Shown here piece by piece: positions 57,121-64,000 of a stretch of DNA of 64,000 bases. Source of the DNA: a plasmid. Location: the sequence record CP080654.1; one strand, written 5' to 3'. The position numbers and the translations under genes are program-made. A model generated the notes under the pieces. That model did no database searches, was not told the origin of the DNA, and worked only from the letters and a program-made list of their open reading frames with translations. How positions within the stretch are numbered: position 1 is the stretch's first letter; each line of letters begins with the position of its first letter.

Positions 57121-57888
57121 TCACTCCTGAGTTCTGCTGGCGCGGGCCTCCCTCACCATTTCCCTTAAAACCCGGCGATCAAACCAGCGCCGGACCGGAG
57201 TGTCCGTAAAACGCAGCTGATCAGCGATAACCCCTGCGCTCCTGATAGTTTCCTCCCGCTCGTTAACCAGGGTGAGCAGGACCGGGCAGAATCGCGCATC
57301 GCGAATCAGAATGGCATCGAGGACCTGATCCAGCCTGTCGGTTTCGTCTTCGTCCAGGCAGTTATCATGATCATACTCCACGGCCAGCAAGCGCCAGTCA
57401 CCGATCCGCCTGTCCATCAGACGGGGAGTGACGGACGGCGTAAGCGCGGCGGCGATGCGCTTCGTATCCCGGTGGACGATTTCCGATATCTGCGTGAGGG
57501 AGGCTTTCAGGAAGGCCAGCAGATCGTCACATTCCGCCGCTGTCAGCCACTCCTGAGCGTAAGGCAGGCGGATAACCTGACAGTCAGCCAGCCGCTCCGG
57601 ATGCGGATATGCCTGCACCGGAAAGAGATGCAGACGAGCCGGGGTTCCCGCCAGCCGCCGGGCGCTGGCGAGCAACAACGCTGCCCGGCCATACGTCAGC
57701 GGCTGACAAAGCTGTTCCGTAAGCGTGAGGATTTCCACGCCACTGAGAGAGCCGCAGGCGGCAAGCCAGCCGGGTACGGTTTCGGGGGCGACGGGCGCCA
57801 TATCAACAGTGTCGGGCCAGCCAGCCTGGCGCAGCATCCGGTCGCCGTGACGCAGAATAAGCGTGTTAAGGGTTTCTTTTTTCATCAT
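57121..57888 (-). CDS. Hypothetical protein (~256 aa).
   Basis: From MMKKETLNTLILRHGD... The upstream extension lies in the GC-rich repeat region and is probably not coding. Confidence 0.45.
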   Translation of the reverse strand: MMKKETLNTLILRHGDRMLRQAGWPDTVDMAPVAPETVPGWLAACGSLSGVEILTLTEQLCQPLTYGRAALLLASARRLAGTPARLHLFPVQAYPHPERLADCQVIRLPYAQEWLTAAECDDLLAFLKASLTQISEIVHRDTKRIAAALTPSVTPRLMDRRIGDWRLLAVEYDHDNCLDEDETDRLDQVLDAILIRDARFCPVLLTLVNEREETIRSAGVIADQLRFTDTPVRRWFDRRVLREMVREARASRTQE

Positions 57889-57941
57889 TATCGTCTCTGT
57901 CCGGGTTATATCACCCCGCCGCGTGGCGGGGCGATCTGCTG

Positions 57942-58361
57942 TCAGCTTTTCAGTAATGCCCGCACTTTTGCTGTATCCGCCAGGCGGCGCATTACGCTTT
58001 CCGGCACCGGGAGATTGCGATCCCGTGCGGTCCATTCCCTGTCCCACAATGCCTGTTCGGCGGTAATCAGCAGGGTTTCAAGCAGGTCAACCGGCACAGT
58101 CACCCTCTGCCCGTTCTCTTTCACCTGGTCTATCAGTGCCATCACCAGGCCGGCTGACACGCCCGACTCAAGCCGTTGTTCTTCCGGTATAGTGTCCATG
58201 CGTTCCAGTACTGCCCTTACGTCATGTTCTGAAAAGGAATATTCCATCCCGTCAGCCAGTGCTTCAATATCCGCCGGGGTCCAGATAATCAGGTTCAGCG
58301 GGGTTTCTGCGGGATATTGCTCATTCAGCATCCTGCAAAGATCTTCACGGGTTCCGTACAT
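57942..58361 (-). CDS. Hypothetical protein (139 aa).
   Basis: ORF MYGTREDLCRMLNEQYPAETPLNLIIWTPADIEALADGM... Confidence 0.4.
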   Translation of the reverse strand: MYGTREDLCRMLNEQYPAETPLNLIIWTPADIEALADGMEYSFSEHDVRAVLERMDTIPEEQRLESGVSAGLVMALIDQVKENGQRVTVPVDLLETLLITAEQALWDREWTARDRNLPVPESVMRRLADTAKVRALLKS

Positions 58362-58370
58362 GTTCTCTCC

Positions 58371-58592
58371 TCAATCCAGAAAGCTTTCATCGAGCATCAG
58401 TGCAATATTGAACGCCTCATCCATCAGGACGCTGAGACGTCGCAGACTGATACCGGCAAGCCGTTCCGCCAGTCCGTCGTACCGGTAGTGGTACGTGTCT
58501 TCCAGCACTTTCAGGGTGGTTTTCAGGTCGCAAAGATTGTTCGCCAGCCCGGCCATATCGCGGCGCAGGGCTTCGTGTCCGTCGTAATTCAT
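58371..58592 (-). CDS. Hypothetical small protein (~74 aa).
   Basis: Starts MNYDGHEALRRDMAGLANN. It lies directly downstream of the methyltransferase gene. Confidence 0.35.
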   Translation of the reverse strand: MNYDGHEALRRDMAGLANNLCDLKTTLKVLEDTYHYRYDGLAERLAGISLRRLSVLMDEAFNIALMLDESFLD

Positions 58593-59293
58593 TACGCGGC
58601 CTCCGGGAGCCATTCATCGTTCGCCGCCGGGGTATTTACGGCCCGGTGCATGGCGGCCAGTCGTTCGGTTCCGGCCCGGTGGTACTGCGCCAGCATTTCG
58701 ATGCCGATATAGCGGCGTCCGGCACGGTATGCAGCGACGCAGGTCGAACCGCTTCCGGCAAACGGGTCGAGAACAATCGCGCCCGGGGCGCTGAATGACT
58801 CAATCAGCGGCTGTAGCGCCTCCACCGGTTTCTGCGTCGGATGCAGGGTATTACCGGTATACGGGAAGGGCAGCACATCCGGCAGCGGTTTAAGGGGCGG
58901 CACGGGGCGGCCTTTGGCAAGGACATAAGCCCCTTCATGGCAGTAGTCCACAAATCCGCGTCGGGCCCTGGCGTTACGACGGTTGGAGGCATAGTTTTTG
59001 GTGAACACAAGCTGGCCCACGGCATAGAATCCTGCCGCCTTCCACGCGGCCATAAAGCGGTCCACACGGTTCCAGCTGTAGAAGCTCACCATCAGTGCGT
59101 CTTTTTTAAGGACGCGGTACATCTCCAGCGTGGCCGGTTGCAGCCATTCGTCCGTCACATCCCCGGCAATCTGTCTGCCCTGACGGTCCTTAAAACCGAC
59201 GAGGTAAGGCGGATCGGTCACAATAAGGTCCACGGCACGGTCGGGGAATCCGCGCATCACATCAATACAGTTCCCGAGAATGAATCTGGACAT
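58592..59293 (-). CDS. Beta-class N6-adenine/N4-cytosine DNA methyltransferase (orphan; YhdJ/Dam-like).
   Basis: Motif IV (VTDPPYL) precedes motif I (VLDPFAGSGSTCVAAYRAGRRYIGIE), the circular permutation typical of beta-class MTases. About 233 aa from MSRFILGNCIDVM. Confidence 0.8.
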   Translation of the reverse strand: MSRFILGNCIDVMRGFPDRAVDLIVTDPPYLVGFKDRQGRQIAGDVTDEWLQPATLEMYRVLKKDALMVSFYSWNRVDRFMAAWKAAGFYAVGQLVFTKNYASNRRNARARRGFVDYCHEGAYVLAKGRPVPPLKPLPDVLPFPYTGNTLHPTQKPVEALQPLIESFSAPGAIVLDPFAGSGSTCVAAYRAGRRYIGIEMLAQYHRAGTERLAAMHRAVNTPAANDEWLPEAA

Positions 59294-59729
59294 GGCAGCA
59301 CTCCTGTAGTCTGAGGGGGCAGGAGGCATCACCGCGATACCGTTCCCTGCCGCACGCTGCCTGTTCATCGCGTCCGGTCACGGGTCAGGCCGACCGTGGA
59401 ATACCGCAGCCGTCCGTCTTTTGGACGGCAAGGATATGCCGCGAAAGCGGCTTGAAGGGCGTTCCTTAAAAGGGCGAGGGACTGGCGCACACTCTCAACG
59501 ACGCCGGGCCGGAGCGGAAAAACCGCCCGTCCCGTACCAGACCGGACGCGAGACACTGGCAGCGGGCGGCAGGCTTGCGTTAACTCCAGGCGAACGGGGA
59601 ATTACCGGCATACCTGTCCACAAATCCGGGGCTTAAGATTGTGGATAACCTGAAGGCAAACGACGGAGAAGCGCGGGAGAACAGACGCCACCACGCCTGT
59701 TCTTTTTTTGAACAACCGGAAAGTTTATA

Positions 59730-59960
59730 TCAGCGGTTCAGGGATTTATCCCCGGCCAGTGACAGGCCAATATAGACGCCCGCCCCCCAGATGACCTGCG
59801 ACAAAATGAAAACCCACTGCGGAACGTCGAAAACCAGAAGCGGAAGCAGACATACCGTCACAATGCCAATCAGCCGGCTGCCAAATTTTCTGCGCACCGG
59901 TTCACTGCTGTCGACGGGAATGCGGGCGAGACGGAGAACATTTCTGAATCCTGGTGACAT
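59730..59960 (-). CDS. Hypothetical small membrane protein (76 aa).
   Basis: 2 TM segments. Confidence 0.35.
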   Translation of the reverse strand: MSPGFRNVLRLARIPVDSSEPVRRKFGSRLIGIVTVCLLPLLVFDVPQWVFILSQVIWGAGVYIGLSLAGDKSLNR

Positions 59961-60020
59961 GAGAACCTCCCTGGGATGCCAGTCATTTGAAATCGGTGTA
60001 GTAGTGGATGTGATTCGTTG

Positions 60021-60692
60021 TTAGTCACCGAATGCACGCCGCATATTTTTCTTTATTTCCCGGGTATCCGACCCGGACACCGGCGCGGCAGATGCTGTCG
60101 GCGTATCCGGTACTGCAGCTGCAGCCCTGTTCACGTCAGCGGTGCCGGCCATCTGCTGAACCAGTGCCTGCAGCTCACTGACCGAGGTGGGCGGTACCGG
60201 CATACTGGCCAGCAGGCGCGGCAGCTCCGGTGCCGTCGTGTGGAGGGCAAGACCGGTGATAATCAGGTTTCTCAGCAGATCGCCACGCAGACGGGATGAC
60301 GCCTCCGTCAGCACACTTTCCACCCGTTCTCCACTCCGGCCATTCTGAAGCGTCAGGGTGTAACGCCGGCGCTGGTATTCCGTCTCCGGTGACACGGGCA
60401 GAGCAGCCCCACCATTTTCGGGCTCATCCGGAAGGCCGGTGAGTGAGGACCAGGTTCCGGAGACCAGGGCCATCACGGCGCAAAGGCGGACAGCGCTCAG
60501 CTGCCCGGCAAAGAACACCGGGATCAGCGCCGGTAAACGGGCATCCACCTGGTATACCACCGCCCCGGCGGTGGCGGCGGTACGGATGAACTCACCGCGC
60601 AGGGGCTGTGAGATGGTGCTGATGGTTGCCATCGCCGCGATGTCGGTGCGATCGTCGCTGTGCAGATAGAAAGAATACTGGCCGTCCGGCAC
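60021..60692 (-). CDS. parR: ParR/StbB-like centromere-binding adaptor with an extended Ala/Pro-rich C-terminus.
   Basis: It is immediately downstream of parM. The N-terminal segment (DRTDIAAMATISTISQPLRGEFIRTAATAGAVVYQV) parallels the R1 ParR RHH region. Confidence 0.55.
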   Translation of the reverse strand: MPDGQYSFYLHSDDRTDIAAMATISTISQPLRGEFIRTAATAGAVVYQVDARLPALIPVFFAGQLSAVRLCAVMALVSGTWSSLTGLPDEPENGGAALPVSPETEYQRRRYTLTLQNGRSGERVESVLTEASSRLRGDLLRNLIITGLALHTTAPELPRLLASMPVPPTSVSELQALVQQMAGTADVNRAAAAVPDTPTASAAPVSGSDTREIKKNMRRAFGD

Positions 60693-60694
60693 GT

Positions 60695-61669
60695 TTAGTC
60701 CTCTTTATTGTAAAGGGCAATCTCCCTGGCCAGCGCCATCTGCGGATCGCCTATAACCTCGATACGGTCATGAGCCAGAGGCCAGGCCTGACGGATAGCT
60801 TCTTCTATGAGGGAAGCCCCTCCCCCGACCAGGAATACCCGGTTAACGTTCCTGAAGGCCGTCAGCTCACTGGTGACACGCGCCCCCAGGGAAGTGATTG
60901 CCTCTGTTATTTTGTTCCGAACCTCGTCAATTTTACCGGCATCGTTGATCACACGCTGCAGATACTGACGATCATTGCGGTTGCGGATGACAGTGTCAGC
61001 GATGAGGGCGCTGGTTTCGCTGTCTGCCGCACGCAGCGCGCCTGCAGCTGCGCGGGTGACCTGTGACACGCCGACAGACGGATTACCGTGCACCGCACTG
61101 ATATCATCAAACTGGCCGACAATCACACCGGCATCGAGCGTGGTACCACCGAGATCGATAATCAGGGTGGTCTCAGCGGGGCCGGGTTTCAGCTCCGCGA
61201 GACGGGAGAACGCCGCCGGTAGTGATTCCGGCATCACCTTCACGTCCGTTACGGTAAATGCCCTGCCCTTATTCAGAACCAGCTCACGCATCAGGTTTTC
61301 CCGTTTGCGTCGTATGTTCTCCTCGTTCCGCTGGCAGTCCCCGTCGTAATACTCACTCAGGGGCAGCGTCACGGTCAGGCTCACCGGCTGCGGCTCCAGT
61401 CCGCTGTTCAGCAGCGCATGATGCACGGCCAGCAGGTTGAGATCACCGTACTGATATTCCACGTTTGTTGTCGGGATGGCATCCCGGCTGACGCTGTCCC
61501 AGGTGTATTTCAGCGTACCCACCTGATAGTTGAACGTTGCCGCACTGAATTCCGCCACTTTCCAGCCATGCCGGAAGGAGTTCGCAGAAACCCGGGTCTG
61601 AAGCTCATCGCCTTCAAACCATGCCAGCTTAACATTAGTTGAACCATCATCGCAGTAAATATTCATCAT
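60695..61669 (-). CDS. parM: ParM/StbA actin-like segregation ATPase.
   Basis: MMNIYCDDGSTNVKLAWFEGD...NLLAVHHALLNSGL...VKVMPESLPAAF...LIIDLGGTTLD...VFLVGGGA parallels R1 ParM. Confidence 0.9.
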   Translation of the reverse strand: MMNIYCDDGSTNVKLAWFEGDELQTRVSANSFRHGWKVAEFSAATFNYQVGTLKYTWDSVSRDAIPTTNVEYQYGDLNLLAVHHALLNSGLEPQPVSLTVTLPLSEYYDGDCQRNEENIRRKRENLMRELVLNKGRAFTVTDVKVMPESLPAAFSRLAELKPGPAETTLIIDLGGTTLDAGVIVGQFDDISAVHGNPSVGVSQVTRAAAGALRAADSETSALIADTVIRNRNDRQYLQRVINDAGKIDEVRNKITEAITSLGARVTSELTAFRNVNRVFLVGGGASLIEEAIRQAWPLAHDRIEVIGDPQMALAREIALYNKED

Positions 61670-61850
61670 TATGCTCCGTCAATTACACTCAATTTGATAC
61701 ATATTATAAGAGCAAAATGAAAAAATAAAAGCCTTATTTCTCATTATGAGTAAAACTGATGAATCAAAATGATATTAATGAGCATTTTGAGTAATTTATG
61801 TTACTCATACTGTTCATGTCGCAGGCGATCTGGATTATCCTCACGCTGTT
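61670..61850. promoter_or_regulatory. Putative parC-like centromere/promoter region upstream of parM.
   Basis: AT-rich, with repeated tgagta / tactca-type motifs (tatgagtaaaac, tttgagtaattt, ttactcatac). Confidence 0.3.
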
Positions 61851-61855
61851 AAATA

Positions 61856-61875
61856 TACTGTATGCATAACCAGTA
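61856..61875 (+). promoter_or_regulatory. LexA (SOS) box upstream of the umuD-like gene.
   Basis: TACTGTatgcataaCCAGTA fits CTGT-N8-ACAG, ~22 nt upstream of the ATG at 61898. Confidence 0.65.
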
Positions 61876-61897
61876 TATTTAGACATCAGGAGGAAAG

Positions 61898-62329
61898 ATG
61901 AAACTGCAGCTTTTCAGCACCGGGAAAGAACTCCCGCCACAGGCCCATCCGTTGTTTGCAGACCTGGCCAGCTGCGGTTTTCCCAGCCCTGCAGCTGACT
62001 ACGTCGAGTCTGACCTGGATCTCCATGATTACTGCATACGGCATCCGAGCGCGACTTACTACCTTCGCGCCAGCGGTGACAGTATGTCCGACGGCAGCCT
62101 TTACAATGGCGATCTGCTGGTTGTGGACTGTGCCGAGAAGCCCCGGCATGGCGATATTGTTGTGGCCAGCGTGCAGGGGGAGTTTACGGTCAAACGGTTG
62201 CTGCTGACGCCACGACTGACGCTGCAGCCCATGAACGCCGCCTGGTCGCCGATTTATCCCGACCCGGACGATCTGGATATCTTTGGCGTCGTCACGCACA
62301 TCATCCACCGCCCGAGGGAGATGTACTGA
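61898..62329 (+). CDS. umuD: UmuD/MucA/ImpA-like S24 self-cleaving peptidase (translesion synthesis accessory).
   Basis: 143 aa. LexA-like fold signature ...[24 protein letters not shown]... with K at the expected spacing (VKRLLL). Confidence 0.85.
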   Translation: MKLQLFSTGKELPPQAHPLFADLASCGFPSPAADYVESDLDLHDYCIRHPSATYYLRASGDSMSDGSLYNGDLLVVDCAEKPRHGDIVVASVQGEFTVKRLLLTPRLTLQPMNAAWSPIYPDPDDLDIFGVVTHIIHRPREMY

Positions 62330-63600
62330 TGTTTGCCCTGGCCGATGTGAACAGCTTTTATGCCAGCTGCGAACGTGTTTTCCGCCCGGATTTGAAAGGA
62401 AAGCCGGTTGTGGTGCTCAGCAATAACGATGGCTGCGTAATCGCGAGAAGTGCCGAGGCAAAGCCCTGGATCAAAATGGGTACGCCGTGGTTTCAGATGA
62501 AAAACGAAAGATACCCGGAAAAAATATACGCGTTCTCCAGCAACTATGAACTTTATGCATCCATGTCGGCGCGCGTGATGAGCTGCCTGGAGGAACTGGC
62601 TCCGGGGGTGGAACAGTATTCGATTGACGAGATGTTCCTCGATCTGACCGGTGTGGAGCACTGCATGGACCTGGAGGACTTCGGCCGGCAGCTGCGACAG
62701 CACGTGTATGACTGTACCCGTCTGACCATCGGTGTGGGCGCCGGACCAACGAAAACCCTCGCAAAATCAGCCCAGTGGGCCTCAAAGGAGTGGAAACAGT
62801 TTCGTGGTGTGCTCGCACTCACCCGGGGGAATCCACAGCGAACGCGGAAACTGCTTTCACTGCAGCCGGTCGAAGAGATCTGGGGCGTGGGAAACCGTAT
62901 TGCACGCAAGCTCAATGTTCTGGGCATCAAAACCGCGCTCGATCTGGCCCTGACGAACCCGGCCTTTATCCGCAAAAATTTCTCCGTAGTCCTTGAGCGA
63001 ACGGTACGCGAACTGAACGGGGAAAGCTGCATGTCGCTTGAGGAAGCCCCGCCAACAAAGCAGCAGATCGTCTGCAGCCGCAGTTTTGGAGAGAAAATCA
63101 CGGAGTACGATTCGCTCCGCCAGGCTGTCTGTCAGTACGCAGAGCGGGCCTCAGAAAAGCTGCGTAAAGAGCGCCAGTATTGCCGGCATATTTCCGTATT
63201 CATCAAAACGTCTCCGTTCGCCGTTAAAGAGCCTTACTATGGCAACGTGGCCACGGAGAAACTGCTTACCCCCACTCAGGACACCCGGGACATCATTGCG
63301 GCCGCCACAACGGCTCTGGAGCGTATCTGGAAGGACGGGCACCGGTATGCCAAAGCCGGTGTGATGCTGAATGACTTCACCGGCTCCGGTGTTTCGCAGC
63401 TGCAGCTGTTCGACGAACGTCCTCCACGTCCTCACAGCGCTGAGCTGATGAAGGTTCTCGATGGCATTAATCATTCCGGGCTGGGACAGCTCTGGTTTGC
63501 CGGACGAGGGATAGCGCCATCATGGCAAATGAAACGCGACATGCTCTCCCCTGCGTACACCACCCGCTGGAAAGATATCCCCATAGCGAGGATCAGTTAA
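62329..63600 (+). CDS. umuC: UmuC/MucB/ImpB-like Y-family DNA polymerase V catalytic subunit.
   Basis: 423 aa. [45 protein letters not shown] matches the UmuC N-terminus. It overlaps the umuD stop (ATGA). Confidence 0.9.
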   Translation: MFALADVNSFYASCERVFRPDLKGKPVVVLSNNDGCVIARSAEAKPWIKMGTPWFQMKNERYPEKIYAFSSNYELYASMSARVMSCLEELAPGVEQYSIDEMFLDLTGVEHCMDLEDFGRQLRQHVYDCTRLTIGVGAGPTKTLAKSAQWASKEWKQFRGVLALTRGNPQRTRKLLSLQPVEEIWGVGNRIARKLNVLGIKTALDLALTNPAFIRKNFSVVLERTVRELNGESCMSLEEAPPTKQQIVCSRSFGEKITEYDSLRQAVCQYAERASEKLRKERQYCRHISVFIKTSPFAVKEPYYGNVATEKLLTPTQDTRDIIAAATTALERIWKDGHRYAKAGVMLNDFTGSGVSQLQLFDERPPRPHSAELMKVLDGINHSGLGQLWFAGRGIAPSWQMKRDMLSPAYTTRWKDIPIARIS

Positions 63601-63849
63601 ATTTCGCTTTTCAGAGAGAGCCAGTAGTGCTCGCCGCAGCCGAACGACAGGGCGAAGCCCGCGAGTGAGCGAGGAAGCACCAGGGAACTGCACGGATAAA
63701 TTCTGCTTACGCTCGAAGTTAAATGGACAACTTATCCAGTTATCCACCGGGCAGATCCAAATATCTGATCCAGCAAAGATCCATATAATGATCCAAACAG
63801 ATCCCGGTACGTTGAAAACCGCGCCATGCATAGGCTAACAGCCATTTCA

Positions 63850-63960
63850 TGTGTTTATAAGTCGGATATTTGTGTTTGTAAATCGGTATTCTGTGTTTAC
63901 AAAGCGGATATATGTGTTTATAAAACGGATTGCGCGTGTTTATAAATGGGATTACGCATG
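63850..63960. repeat. Iteron array (5 direct repeats, 21-22 bp period) of a second, iteron-type replicon origin.
   Basis: tgtgtttataagtcggatatt / tgtgtttgtaaatcggtattc / tgtgtttacaaagcggatata / tgtgtttataaaacggattgcg / gtgtttataaatgggattacg. Confidence 0.7.
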
Positions 63961-63986
63961 CTGTGTCTGTGGATGATCCTTTAACT

Positions 63987-63995
63987 GTGGATAAG
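63987..63995 (-). promoter_or_regulatory. DnaA box adjacent to the iterons.
   Basis: tgtggataa is the reverse complement of TTATCCACA. A second partial box, ttatccacc, is at ~63743. Confidence 0.5.
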
Positions 63996-64000
63996 TCCTT

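Noticed and set aside
1-64000. Search for CRISPR arrays, IS elements, inverted-repeat transposon ends, integrons, tRNA and rRNA.
   Set aside because: No short regularly spaced repeats with unique spacers were found. No transposase-like ORFs, terminal IRs or attI/attC sites were found. No tRNA-like cloverleaf candidates were noticed. The only large repeats are the Frpo-like elements.

Overview
The window is an almost complete F-like (IncFII/MOBF12) conjugative plasmid backbone. Its transfer operon runs on the minus strand. From left to right it contains:

- **IncFII replicon.** The 5' part of repA1, the CopA antisense RNA and copB/repA2.
- **Block between repA and finO.** A PLD-family Nuc-like endonuclease, a DUF2726-like gene and a NYN-like gene.
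- **finO and a near-complete tra operon.** traX, traI (1753 aa relaxase-helicase), traD, traT, traS, traG, traH, trbB, traQ, traF, traN, trbC, traU, traW, trbI, traC, traV, traB, traK, traE, traL, traA, traY, traJ and traM. traR, traP, trbD and trbG appear to be absent. Several AT-rich extra ORFs are inserted, most notably six small membrane ORFs between traV and traC.
- **An F-type oriT** with the nic motif GCGTGGGGTGT|GGTG, followed by gene X (lytic transglycosylase).
- **Leading region of about 20 kb.** It is organised as four co-oriented gene blocks, each preceded by a copy of a 0.6-0.75 kb hairpin-forming repeat that resembles F Frpo/ssi single-strand promoters. Between them the blocks carry ssb, psiB-psiA, ardA and a KlcA/ArdB-like antirestriction gene. 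They also carry a ParB-nuclease-like 669-aa gene, an orf273-like gene (DUF932-like by recollection) and three different methyltransferase genes, one of which is HsdM-like but lacks the NPPF/Y catalytic motif. Many small genes of unknown function sit in the same blocks. This leading-region anti-defence island, with its unknown ORFs, is the best candidate for new biology in the window.
- **Right end.** parM and a parR-like gene, a LexA-box-controlled umuDC-like (mucAB/impAB-type) operon, and an iteron array with a DnaA box that indicates a second replicon just beyond the window.

No rRNA, tRNA, CRISPR array or obvious IS element was seen.
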